A DNA stretch of 64,000 bases from an uncultured Microthrixaceae bacterium. GTDB taxonomy: Bacteria; Actinomycetota; Acidimicrobiia; Acidimicrobiales; VFJN01. The stretch is taken from NCBI GenBank assembly GCA_963806205.1, contig CAWDXF010000003.1:71760-135759 (forward strand). Reading direction: 5' to 3'. Shown one piece after another: positions 15,256 through 25,507 of this stretch (the first letter of the stretch is position 1; each line of letters begins with the position of its first letter). Under the pieces are notes generated by a model that saw only the letters and a program-made list of their open reading frames with translations, did not search any database and had not been told where the DNA came from. The translations under genes and the position numbers were made by a program.

Positions 15256-17556
15256 TCACTGGGGGCCCGAAGGCGGAGAAGCCGGAGGAATGCTCCCCGT
15301 CGTCACACCCAGTGTCTTCTCGGCCCGCTTCACGGCCTGCCGCACACGGCGGCGGCGGGCGACGCCCACCCGGGCCTGGACGGCCGGGAGGCCGGCGGCG
15401 GCACAGAGGATGGCGACCACGATGACGGTCAGCAGGGAGGGTTCGCTGGCCCCGATGGCCCCGGCCAGGAGGACGAAGCTCAGGCCGAGCAGCGGGCCCG
15501 CCAGGAAGGCGCCGACGTAGGACAGCCGGCGGGTGCGGCCCGAACGGAGCGGCTTGAGGGCGGACTCGAGGTTGGCGTAGCCGAGCAGGAGGAGCATCAG
15601 GCCACCCATGAAGGGCGCCGTGAGGTACCAGGTCTGGGTGGCCTTCACCCGCACGTCGCCTTCGCGGAGCACCGCGTTGCCGCGCCGCACGACCACGTGG
15701 GCCGTGGCCTTCCCGCCGACGAGGCGCTGGGAGATGCCGGGGTCGATGACCGCCTCGCCGTCGCGCACCGGCGCGGACGCGCTCGACACCTCGACCCCGA
15801 GGTACTCGAACCCGAGCTCCACCTCGTCGGCTCGGGCCGCCAACGACCGGTCGTTGATGCGCACCTCGACCTCGTTCGACAGGTCGATGCCGAAGCGCTT
15901 CGTGGTGGCCAGGTCGTGGCCCGAGATCTCGACGTCGTCCGGCTCGAGGCCGCGCTCGCGCGGTGCTCCCGTGATGCCGAGGAGCGCGACGACAGCGGCC
16001 ACGAACAGGAGCCCGGCCGTCCACACGATGGCCGGCCACGGAGGCTTCGGCGGATCGAGGACGTCCTCGACACCGATCAGATCGGCCATCTCGAGATCGT
16101 AGAGGTCGGCACCCTCGATGCGCGGCTCCGCGCCGCCGGCGCGCACGACCTGGAACTGCATGTCTCCACCCGGCAGCACGGGCGCGACCACGGGGGGTGA
16201 CGTGGCGGGCGCGCTCGGCGCCGCCGCCCATCCCGCGCTGGTCGCGGGCGCGGGGGCTCCGCCGGCCGGCGCCACGCCGCGGTGCTGCGTCTCCTTCGCC
16301 TCCGGCGAAGCCGGCGCACGGCTCCCCGACACCGTCGTCTCGTTCGCACCCGGCACCGCCGGCGCACGACTGCCCGAGACGGTGGTCTCGTTCGCGCCAG
16401 GTACGGCCCACCCGGTCGGGCCGGTGGTGATCGTCTCCCCCGCCCGCGGGCCGCCGCCCGTCGTGATCGTCTCGTTCGATCGCGGGGTGCCGCCCGTCGT
16501 CGTCATCGGGCTGCCGCCCGACGTGGTGCGGATCGGCGCGAACGACCCGGAGGTCGTGCGCGCGCCGGTGGTCCGCGCGGCCCGCGAGAGCCGCTCCGAA
16601 CCGAAGATGGCCACGCCCGAGTGGTCGAGCCACGGCGGGCCCCACGAGTCGACGCACGCCTCCCCGATGGCCACCCCGAGGTCCTCGGCCCGCTGGTAGC
16701 GGGTGTCGACGTCGCGCGAGAGCGCCGCCATGACGACCTCGACCAGCGGGGCCGGCACGTGGGGGGCGGCCTGGCTGAGCGGCACCGGATCCTCCGCCAG
16801 CCGCTGCGCCAGGAGCTCGCTGGCCGACTGGGCCCCGAGCCACGGCAGCTGGCCGGACAACAGCTCGTACAGCATCACGCCGGACGCGTAGACGTCCGAC
16901 GCCGGCGTGAGCTCGTCGCCGCGCGCCTGCTCCGGCGACATGTAGGCGGGGGTGCCCAGCACCTGGCCGTCCACCGTGCCGAGCGTGCGGTCGCCGGTGA
17001 TCACCCGGGCGATGCCGAAGTCGGTGACCTTGACGGCCGACTCGGCATCGAACATGAGGTTGTCGGGCTTGACGTCGAGGTGGAGCACGCTCTTCTGGTG
17101 GGCGTACTGCAGGGCCGCGCAGCAGGCCATCACCACGGCGCAGGCCGTCGGCGGCGTGAGCCCGTCGGAGGTGAAGCGGTCCCACACCGAGCCGCCGGGG
17201 AGCGCCTCCATCACGATCAGGCACAGCCCGTCGCGCTCCACGTAGTCGAAGATCGGCACGATGTGCGGGTGCGACAGGCCGGCCAGGGTCTGCGCCTCGT
17301 TGGAGAAGCGCTCGCGCACGTCGGGGTCCACCGCGAAGGCGGGCGGCAGCTCCTTGATCGCCACCCGACGGTCGAGCCGGCGGTGCCGGCCCAGGTAGAC
17401 GACGCCCATCCCGCCTCGGCCCAGCTCGCGCTCGACCTCGTACTCGGGGATCGCGTCGGCGATCCGGTCGACCTCGGGACTCACCGTGGTCGCCGGGGTC
17501 ATGTGCGCGTCCGCCCGATCGCCATGTCCCGCTCCCTTGCTCTCCTTCGCCAGCAT
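15256..17556 (-). CDS. Ser/Thr protein kinase with T/G-rich repeat linker and C-terminal multi-TM sensor-like region
   Basis: In-frame ATG 17556 within ORF 15256..17853. Hanks motifs are GRGGMGVVY, AIK, HLDVKPDN, DFG and GTPAYMSPE. The C-terminal half has one TM, a domain of about 130 aa, then about 3 more TM helices. Confidence 0.9.
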   Translation of the reverse strand: MLAKESKGAGHGDRADAHMTPATTVSPEVDRIADAIPEYEVERELGRGGMGVVYLGRHRRLDRRVAIKELPPAFAVDPDVRERFSNEAQTLAGLSHPHIVPIFDYVERDGLCLIVMEALPGGSVWDRFTSDGLTPPTACAVVMACCAALQYAHQKSVLHLDVKPDNLMFDAESAVKVTDFGIARVITGDRTLGTVDGQVLGTPAYMSPEQARGDELTPASDVYASGVMLYELLSGQLPWLGAQSASELLAQRLAEDPVPLSQAAPHVPAPLVEVVMAALSRDVDTRYQRAEDLGVAIGEACVDSWGPPWLDHSGVAIFGSERLSRAARTTGARTTSGSFAPIRTTSGGSPMTTTGGTPRSNETITTGGGPRAGETITTGPTGWAVPGANETTVSGSRAPAVPGANETTVSGSRAPASPEAKETQHRGVAPAGGAPAPATSAGWAAAPSAPATSPPVVAPVLPGGDMQFQVVRAGGAEPRIEGADLYDLEMADLIGVEDVLDPPKPPWPAIVWTAGLLFVAAVVALLGITGAPRERGLEPDDVEISGHDLATTKRFGIDLSNEVEVRINDRSLAARADEVELGFEYLGVEVSSASAPVRDGEAVIDPGISQRLVGGKATAHVVVRRGNAVLREGDVRVKATQTWYLTAPFMGGLMLLLLGYANLESALKPLRSGRTRRLSYVGAFLAGPLLGLSFVLLAGAIGASEPSLLTVIVVAILCAAAGLPAVQARVGVARRRRVRQAVKRAEKTLGVTTGSIPPASPPSGPQ
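16314..16409 (-). repeat. Two tandem 48-nt units inside the kinase linker
   Basis: They encode GANETTVSGSRAPAVP / GANETTVSGSRAPASP. More diverged ETITTG units lie adjacent. Confidence 0.6.
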
Positions 17557-17573
17557 GCCACGCCGGGCAACGG

Positions 17574-18601
17574 CTAGGTGACCTCGATCGAGCCGACCAT
17601 CTGGCTCGGGGCGTGCAGGATGCACACGTAGGCGTAGGTGCCGGCATCGGGGACCGTGAACGAGTAGGTGCGGGCCGTGAGGGGCGGACCGGCGCCAGGG
17701 GCGCGTTCGGGGGCAGCAGGCCCGTGTTGAAGAAGCCGACCGACGACAGCGCCTGCGGCGACGGTCCGGGGGCCGGTGGACCGACCCGCGGGTCGGTCGG
17801 GTTCTGGATCTGCTCCGCCCCGGTGCCGAAGAAGCTGGCCGTGTGCGGAGCACCCGACTCGTTCACGAAGGTGACGGTGTCACCAGCCTTCACGTTCGCC
17901 GGGGTCGGGGCGAAGGCGAGGATGCTGGCGTGCTCGGTCGTGACGCCCATCTGGATCGTCCACGTCTTGGAGCCGTCCGAGTTGTCCGTGACCTCCGGAT
18001 CGGCGTCGACAAGCTCGGCTTTGGCGGCTCGGCCCTCCTCCAGCCACTCGGTCTGCTCGTCGACCCGGCGCTCGGCCACGTCCTGGGGCGAGTCGGCGTC
18101 ATCGCCGGCTGCCACCACCGTGACCTCACCGATCATGTCGGGGTGGATGACGCAGTTGTAGGTGAACGACCCTGGGGCCGCGAACGTCAGCTCGAGCGGG
18201 GTCGGCTGGACCGGGCCGAGCGGCTGGAGGCCCGAGTTCACGAGCGTGGTCCCGTCGACCGGCCCGGTGGGCGGGGTCGGCGCGAACAGCGAGTCGTCCT
18301 CCTCGGGGTTCGGGATCTCCTGACCCGGCGCGAGGAAGGTCACCGAGTGCGGCTCCGCGCCGGTCCACTCCCAGGTGATCGGCGTGCCCACCTCGACGGT
18401 GACCTCGGCCGGGAGGAACTCCAGCACGGCGACGGTGGGGTCGTCCGGATCGTTCATCCCGGCGCCGACCACGATGCCGTCGGGTGCCTCGACGGTCGGC
18501 TCGTCCGACGTGGCGTCGTCGTCGTCGCCACAGCCCGCTCCCACCAGCAGCACCGCTGCCAGCGGCAGGGCCAGCCGGCGGAGCATCTTCGATCGGTACA
18601 T
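17574..18601 (-). pseudogene. Two-domain cupredoxin (plastocyanin-like) lipoprotein, one frame break near 17700
   Basis: ATG 18601 has GGAGG upstream. Lipobox is LLVGAGC-G. Domain 1 has PHSV...YNCVIHPDM. Domain 2 has APHTASF, then after a 1-nt frame change ...TYAYVCILHAPSQMVGSIEVT-stop (TAG 17574..17576). It lies 17 nt upstream of the kinase start. Confidence 0.8.
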
Positions 18602-18694
18602 CCAGGAACCTCCACGTTCGACGCTCGCCCACCCGAGCGCCGCCACCCTACGCGCGCCGCCGCCACCCCCCGCGCGACCGGACCCCCCGAGAGG

Positions 18695-19418
18695 TCAGTC
18701 CGCGGGATCGTCGGCGTCGCGGGCCACGGCGAGCTCCGCGGCTGCCGCGTCGGCCGCCTGGCGGGCAGCGGCGGCCGTCTGCTCCGCCTCGTCCGCCTTG
18801 GCCGCCAGACGGCGGGCCGACGCCTCGAGACGAGCGACCAGCTTGCGGTGCTCCGCCGCGGCCCGCCGCTGGGCGCGGACCCCGTCGGCGGCCGCCTTCA
18901 CCGCGGCGGCTTCCTCACCGCGCGGCGCTGGGCGCTGGAACGGGATGATCTCGGCGTCGTCGACGTCGAACCCGAACCCGGGCGACGTCTGCTCCGCGGC
19001 GAGCCGGCCGGCGCGGAGGCGGTCGGCGAGCGCGGGGTCGACCACGGCGGCGAGGAGCGTCGCGGTGATGCGCTGCGCCAGCGCCGCGTCGTCGGACTGC
19101 AGGAGCACGCGCACCGCGTCGACGACGGCGCGTGTCGCGTCGCGGTCGGCCGCCGTAGAGGTGCGCACGTCGCCGCCCTTGATCGTGGCCTCGCGCAGCG
19201 CAGCGCGCGCGATCGAGGGCGGCCCCCACCAGCTCGGGCCGGCGTCGAGCGACCTGGTTGAGTCCGTAGGCCGTCGGCGTGGGGCGGCGCAGCTTGCCCA
19301 CCGCGGCGGCTGCCTCGCGCTCCCCCGCGGCCCGCAGCTCCTTCACCAGCGCAGCGCGCGCCGCCACGAACTCCGTGGGCGGGAGCTCGTAGAGCGGATC
19401 GGCCGCGGACACGTCCAT
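18695..19418 (-). pseudogene. Hypothetical Ala/Arg-rich coiled-coil protein, one frame break near 19205
   Basis: The N-terminal part MDVSAADPLYELPPTEFVAARAALVKELR... (frame of ORF 18915..19523) joins ...ALREATIKGGDVRTSTAADRD... (ORF 18695..19168) if one base is removed. The start overlaps the upstream stop (TGATG). Confidence 0.55.
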
Positions 19419-19987
19419 CAGCGGATGCCGTCCAGGTGGGCCGTGACGTTGAACGAGTGCAGCGAGCGGCGCGGGCCGACCGCGATGCGGCTCACCGAGC
19501 CCGGCGCCACGTAGAGGTGCCACGACACCTCGTCGCCGACGCCGAGCGCCCAGGCCACCGCTGCCTTCACCGGCGAGACGTGCGTGACGACCACGATGTC
19601 GCGCTCGGACGCCTCCTCGGCGAGGTCCTCACAGGCGGCCCGCACCCGCCGGCCCAGCGCGGCGAGCGACTCGCCGCCCTCCGGCGCGAAGTCGACGTCG
19701 GACACCCACCGCGCCCACAGGTCGGACGGCACCTCGCGCATCAGGGTGCCGTCGAGCGCGCCGTAGTCCAGCTCGATCCACCGCTCGTCCACGGTGACCG
19801 GGAGGCCCAGCGCCTCGGCGGTCTCGCGCGTCCGCTGCAGCGGACTGGTGACCACGCGATGGGCGCCGGCCACGACCGTCGCCAGGACCTCGGCCTGCCG
19901 GCGGCCGACCTCGTCGAGCGCCGGGTCGCTGCGCCCGAGGAGCCGGCCGGCGGCGTTCGCCTCCGTGCGCCCGTGCCGCACGAGCAT
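19418..19987 (-). CDS. Histidine phosphatase family protein (phosphoglycerate mutase/CobC-like)
   Basis: LVRHGRTEAN (RHG motif), TSPLQRTRETA and VVVTHVSPVKA. The start is ATG 19987 or a nearby upstream GTG. Confidence 0.8.
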   Translation of the reverse strand: MLVRHGRTEANAAGRLLGRSDPALDEVGRRQAEVLATVVAGAHRVVTSPLQRTRETAEALGLPVTVDERWIELDYGALDGTLMREVPSDLWARWVSDVDFAPEGGESLAALGRRVRAACEDLAEEASERDIVVVTHVSPVKAAVAWALGVGDEVSWHLYVAPGSVSRIAVGPRRSLHSFNVTAHLDGIR

Positions 19988-20009
19988 CAGCGCCACCGAG
20001 GCTCCCGCG

Positions 20010-20492
20010 TCATCGCACCACGTCCCGACCGATGCGACCGGTGCGCAGGAAGTCCGCCCGGCGGACAGGATCGTCGAGCCGGAACCGCCGGTAGGCCCAC
20101 CAGCAGGCCGCCAGCCCCACCACCTCGAGCACGACGGACAGGCCGCCGCGCCCGAGCTCGGGCAGCTCCGAGTGCGACCACGACCGGCCCAGGAACGGCC
20201 ACCAGAACGCACGGTCGTCCGTCCAGGCGCCGTCGAGCACGAGGTGGAGCAGCATCCCGATGGGCACGCCCAGGAGCTGGCGCTGCACCAGGCGCCGGCC
20301 GCGGGCGCCCACCATCACCGCGGCCAGCACGGCCGTCGCCCCAGTGACGCTGTGCAGCAGCCGGGGCTCGCCGATCGGCAGCTCCAGCAGCGGCACGACG
20401 CTGCCGAGCGCGACGAGGCGGTAGTCCGCCGCCGGGCTCGAGAAGACGGCCCACACGATGAGCACCGACGGGCCGACGAACCAGAGGAGCAC
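20010..20492 (-). CDS. Integral membrane protein (about 4 TM; possibly DUF457/YdjM-like)
   Basis: 160-aa ORF with good GC3 and four hydrophobic helices. The family assignment is tentative. Confidence 0.55.
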   Translation of the reverse strand: MLLWFVGPSVLIVWAVFSSPAADYRLVALGSVVPLLELPIGEPRLLHSVTGATAVLAAVMVGARGRRLVQRQLLGVPIGMLLHLVLDGAWTDDRAFWWPFLGRSWSHSELPELGRGGLSVVLEVVGLAACWWAYRRFRLDDPVRRADFLRTGRIGRDVVR

Positions 20493-20501
20493 GGCCGTCG
20501 C

Positions 20502-21216
20502 CTAGCGGGCCAGGAGCCGCCCGCACTCCTCGCACCAGGCCGGCTCCTCGGGCGGGAGCCGCTTCAGCCGGTCGACCTCCACCGCGGACAGGCTCAGGTG
20601 GCAGCCACCGCACGAACCGCCGACCAGGCGGGCGATCGCGATCCCGCCGAGCTTCGGGCGCAGCACCTCGTACTCGGAGAGCAGCTCGGGTTCGACGTCC
20701 GCGGCCACCTGCGCCCGCTCGGCCAGCACGCCGGCGAGCTCGGCGTCGAGCTGCACCTCGTCCTCCGCGATGGCGGCCCGCAAGCGTGCCCGCCTGCTCG
20801 TCGAGGGAGGCCCGCTCCGCACCGAGGCGGGCGAGGTCGGCGTCGAGCGGCTCGATCTGCTCCATCAGCTCGATCTCCTGGTCCTCGAGCTGGCGGATGC
20901 GCCGCCTGAGCGCGGCGATCTCGTCCTGGAGGGACTGGAGCTCCCGCGGGTTGGCGATCGTGCCGCTGTAGAGGGTGGTGTCGTGCTGCTTCGCCTTGTC
21001 CTGCAGCGTGGCGATCTCGTCCTCGAGCCGCTGCTGCCCGCGGTTCAGCTCGTGCCGGCTCGCCTCGACCTCGGTGGCCTGGCCCTCGATCGCCCCGACC
21101 TTCGCCATGATGGCGTCGAGCTCGGTGCGAGCGGGGAGGCTGCGCCGGCGGTGCTCGATCTGGTCTGCGGTGGTGTCGTGCTCCTGGACGGCCAGGAGCG
21201 CGTCCCACCGGGTCAT
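20502..21216 (-). pseudogene. C4-type zinc-ribbon coiled-coil protein (COG1579 family), one frame break near 20780
   Basis: The N-terminal coiled coil MTRWDALLAVQEHDTTADQIEHRRRSLP... (ORF 19987..21216 frame) joins ...AIAEDEVQLDAELAG...GGSCGGCHLSLSAVE...WCEECGRLL (ORF 20502..20822). Confidence 0.8.
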
Positions 21217-21280
21217 CGACTGCTCCTCATCATGGGCCGTTCATCCTGCCACGTCCGGGATCGGCGTCGTCCGGACCACG

Positions 21281-23480
21281 TCAGTCGTCGAACGGGAACC
21301 CGGGCCCGAACGGGTCGTCGTCGTCATCCGGCGGCGGCCGCTCGGTCGTCGGCGGGAAGTACCGATCGCGGAACTCGGGCGGGATCGTGTAGGTCGCCCC
21401 GGGCTCCGTCGGGAACGGGAAGGGGAACGGGAAGGGGAACAGGGTCGACGTGGTGGTGCTGTGGGCGACCTCGACGTCGGGGGGCAGCTGCAGGTAGCGC
21501 CCCGCACGCGTCGGCCCCGGGGCACGGAAGTCCCGCGTGGGGCGGCCCGCGTGCCAGGCCCGCATGTACCGCCCCCAGATCTCCGCCGGGTAGTTGCCTC
21601 CTGTGATCCCCCGGCCGCGGATCACGACCTCCTGGTTGTCGGTGGGCGAGCCGAGCCACACGGCGGTGGCGAGGTACGGCGTGGCCCCGACGAACCAGGC
21701 GTCGCTCGAGCTCATGCCGGTGCCCGTCTTCCCCATTGCGTGCTGGTCGGCGATGCGGGCCCGCGTGCCGGTGCCGCTCCGCACGTTGGCCTCGAGCACC
21801 TCGGCCGCGAGACGAGCGCTCTGCGCGCGTCACGGCCCGCCGCGGCTCGGTCCGGTGGCGGAGGATCGTCTTGTGGTCCGAGTCCTCGACGCGGTTGATG
21901 TAGTAGGGCTCCGCGTACATGCCGTCGGCGGCGATCAGCGCGATGGCGCCCGCCATCTCGATCGGGAGCACCTCCTCGGTGCCGAGCGGCATCGACACGA
22001 CCTTTTCGAGCGTGGTCGTGACCCCCATGCGGCGCGCCTGATCGATCACCTCGTCGATGCCCACGATCTGCCCCAGGCGCACGAACGCGCAGTTCGACGA
22101 GCGCAGCGTCTGCTCGAGGACGGACCCGACCGATCCGGCGCTGCCGTCGAAGTTGCTCACCACGTACGGGTCGGGGTCGAGCCCCGGGATGTTCGTGAAC
22201 GAGCACGGTCCGGAGCCGTTGACGGAGTCGCTCGGGACGTAGCCGTTCTCGAGGAGCGCCATGAGGACGAAGATCTTGAACGTCGACCCGCCCGACCGGC
22301 CGACGCGGTCGACCCCCCGGCCGGTCGCGATGTTGACCTTGGCGTCGGCGAAGCTCGGGCCCCCCACCATGGCGCGGATCGCGCCCGTGCCCGGCTCGAC
22401 CGACACGACCGCGGCCGTGGCCGAGCGCGGCGCGCCGGTGTCCTTGTCGGGCCCGATCGGCGTCGTCCCGACGGGGGTGCCCTCCGGCGACACCTCGGCC
22501 AGCACGTCGTTGCGCGACTGCTCCGCGAGCGCCTGCGCCTTCGGGTCGAGCGTCGTGAAGATGCGGAGCCCGCCGCGGAACAGCGCCTGTTCGCGCTCCT
22601 CGCGGGTGCCGCCCAGGCGGTGGTCCTCGAGGAGCTCCTGCTTGACCTCCTCCACGAAGTACGTGTCGGGAGTCGGCAGCACCCGCGTGATCTGGGTGGG
22701 CAACGGGTCGTCGGCCAGCACGGTGGCGCGCTCCGGGGCCAGGTGGCCCGTCTCGACCATGCGCTGGAGCGCTGCCTCCCGGCGCTCGAGCGACGCCTCG
22801 GGGTGGCGGATCGGGTCGAAGGCCGCCGGGTTGCCGATCATCCCGGCCAGGAACGCCGACTGGCCCTCGTCCAGCTCGTCCGCATCGATCCCGAAGTAGG
22901 TCTCGGCGCCGGCCTGGACGCCGTAGGCCCCGTTTCCGAGGTACACGGTGTTCAGGTAGCGCTCGAGGATCTCCTCCTTCGACATCTGATCCTCGAGCCG
23001 ACGGGCGAGGATCGCCTCACGCGCCTTGCGGTCGATCGTCTGCGCGTCGCCGACCAGCTCGGCCTTCACGAGCTGCTGCGTGATCGTCGAGCCTCCCTGC
23101 ACCGTCTCGCCCTCGTCGACGTTGCGCACCAGGGCGCGGAGCGTGGCGCGCAGGTTCACGCCGTCGTGGATGAAGAACTCGGCGTCCTCCACTGCAAGCA
23201 CGGCGTTCACCGTGTGGTCCGGGATGTCCTCGAGCGGGATCGGCTGCCGGTCGATCTCGGCTCGCAGCGTCGCCAGCACCGACCCGTCGGCCGCGTACAC
23301 GTAGGACCGCTGGTCGAGCGGGCCGAGGTCGAGCGCCGCGTCGCTCGAGTGACCCGCCCGCGTGAGCGCCATCGCCGCGGGCACGAGGGCCACACCCACG
23401 ACGGCCAGGCCGGTGCCGGCCAGCGCGACGATCGCGGCGAGGCGGTGGTGGAGGGGGCGCACGGTGGCCTGGGTCGACAT
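21281..23480 (-). pseudogene. Class A penicillin-binding protein (glycosyltransferase + transpeptidase), one frame break near 21820
   Basis: GT51 motifs AVEDAEFFIHDGV and GGSTITQQLVK. Transpeptidase motifs GSTFK and SSN, and after the frame change KTGT. ORFs 21324..23537 (from ATG 23480) and 21281..21799 join colinearly. Confidence 0.9.
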
Positions 23481-23528
23481 CGCCCGGAGCAGCGTACCGG
23501 CGGGCTCGCACCGATAGCGTTCGGCCCC

Positions 23529-24464
23529 ATGGCGCACCTACGGCGGTTCCGGTTCGGCATCCAGCTCTCCACCGCACCGGACGGGAAGGCGTGGACCGCG
23601 CTGGCCCGCAAGGCGGAGGACCTCGGCTACTCGACGGTGTTCGTGCCCGACCACTTCGGTGACCAGCTCGCTCCGGTGCCCGCCCTCACCGCCGCGGCCG
23701 ACGCCACCACCTCCCTGCGCGTCGGCGCGCTGGTGCACGACAACGACTACAAGCACCCGGTGGTGCTGGCCAAGGAGCTGGCCACCCTGGACGTGCTCTC
23801 GGGTGGACGGGTCGAGGTCGGCCTCGGGGCCGGGTGGATGCAGTCGGACTACGACCAGGCGGGCATCCCGATGGACCCCCCCGGCGTGCGGGTCAGCCGC
23901 ATGGAAGAGGGCATCGCGGTGATCAAGGGCTGCTTCGCCCCGGGCCCGTTCTCCTTCGAGGGGGACCACTACCGGATCACCGCGTACGACGGCATGCCCA
24001 AGCCCGTCCAGACGCCCCCGCCGCTGCTCATCGGAGGAGGCGCGAGGCGCGTCCTGTCCATCGCCGCGCGGGAGGCCGACATCGTGGGCATCAACCCGTC
24101 GATCCACAGCGGCAAGGTCGACGCCGCCGCCGCCCAGGACGGCGTCGCCGAGCTGCTCGACGAGAAGCACGCCATCGTGCGGGAGGCGGCCGGGCCCCGC
24201 TACGACGATCTCGAGATCAACCTGCTGCAGTTCGCCGGGATCATCACCGACGACCGCCGCGGCACGGCCGAGATGATGGCGCCGTTGTTCGGGCTGCCGC
24301 CCGAGGCGGTGGAGACCTATCCGTACGCCTGCATCGGGACGGTCGACCAGATCTGCGACGACCTGCGGGCGCGGCGCGAGCGGTGGGACGCCTCCTACAT
24401 CGTCTTCCAGGGCGCCACGCTGGACGTGATGGCGCCCGTCGTGGCGGCGCTGCGCGACACCTGA
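23529..24464 (+). CDS. LLM-class (luciferase-like) F420-dependent oxidoreductase
   Basis: In-frame ATG 23529 in ORF 21594..24464. MAHLRRFRFGIQL...STVFVPDHF...VGLGAGW is typical of the TIGR03621-type LLM family. Confidence 0.85.
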   Translation: MAHLRRFRFGIQLSTAPDGKAWTALARKAEDLGYSTVFVPDHFGDQLAPVPALTAAADATTSLRVGALVHDNDYKHPVVLAKELATLDVLSGGRVEVGLGAGWMQSDYDQAGIPMDPPGVRVSRMEEGIAVIKGCFAPGPFSFEGDHYRITAYDGMPKPVQTPPPLLIGGGARRVLSIAAREADIVGINPSIHSGKVDAAAAQDGVAELLDEKHAIVREAAGPRYDDLEINLLQFAGIITDDRRGTAEMMAPLFGLPPEAVETYPYACIGTVDQICDDLRARRERWDASYIVFQGATLDVMAPVVAALRDT

Positions 24465-24465
24465 G

Positions 24466-25498
24466 GTGCCCGCCGACGGCGACGTGCCGCTCGCGTTCGC
24501 AGGGGCGGGTTGGATCGCCGCGCTGCACGGCTACGCGGTCGGGCTGATCCCGGGCCTGACGGTCACCGCGGTCGCATCGCGCGACCGCACGCGTGCAGCG
24601 GCTGCCGCCGAGCGGATGGGGGCGCGGCCGTGCACCTACGACGAGCTCCCGGCCGGCGCCCGCGGCGTGGTCGTGTGCACCCCACCGGCGCTGCACGCGG
24701 ACCAGGCCCTGGCGGCGGTGGGCACCGGCGCGGGCGTGCTGATCGAGAAGCCGCTCTGCACGACGCTGGCCGACGCCGACCGCCTCGTCGACGCGGCCGC
24801 CGGAGGTGCCACCATCGCGTACGCGGAGAACCTGGTGCACTCGCCTGCCGTGCAGCTGGCGCTGACCCATGCAGGGCACCTCGACGGCATCGACATGATC
24901 GAGGTGCGTGCGCTCCAGCCCCGCCCGACCTGGGGCGACTTCCTCACCGAGGGGTGGGGCGGCGGCGTGCTGTTCGACCTGGGCGTCCACCCGCTGGCCA
25001 TCGCCCTCCTGCTCGCGGCACCGGCCCGACCGGCCGAGGTGCGGGCCGTGCTGGAGGGCGCGGCGGACCACCCGGTCGACGAGCACGCCGAGGTCACCAT
25101 CCGCTTCGAGGACGACGCGTTCGCCCGCGTGATCGCCAGCTGGCGGGGGCCGGAGCAACCGGTGTGGGACGCGCAGGCGTCCTCCCCCGATGGCGTCGTG
25201 CGCCTGGAGCTGCTACCCAGCGTCGCGCTCGAGCGCGACGGGGCGCCCGTGCCCCTCCCCGGAGTCCCCGACGGGGTCCCGGCCCCGCTCGTGGACCTCG
25301 GCTACCTGGCCCAGCTCACCGCCTTCGCGCGACGACCTCCGCACCGGCGCGCCACCTGCGTTGGGCGCCGCCTTCGGTCGCAGCGTCCTCGACGTGACCT
25401 GCGCGGCGTACGCCTCGGCCGGCCAGGACGGCGCCTGGGTCGAGCTTCCCTTCGGCGGCGATCGGAACTCGACGCCGCTGCAGCTCTGGCGTCGATAG
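24466..25498 (+). pseudogene. Gfo/Idh/MocA family oxidoreductase, one frame break near 25330
   Basis: N-terminal Rossmann fold (FAGAGWIA...VVVCTPPALHADQA...VLIEKPL). The C-terminus continues in ORF 25190..25498 (...DDLRTGAPPALGAAFGRSVLDV...). Confidence 0.8.
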
Positions 25499-25507
25499 GT
25501 TCGGCGG

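Noticed and set aside
15230-18646. 1138-aa minus-strand ORF suggesting a giant protein
   Set aside because: Only about the first 310 residues (the cupredoxin lipoprotein) make sense. After the frame break near 17700 it reads out of frame across the Ser/Thr kinase gene as Arg/Pro/Gly-rich nonsense. The kinase is encoded in the neighbouring frame (15256..17556).
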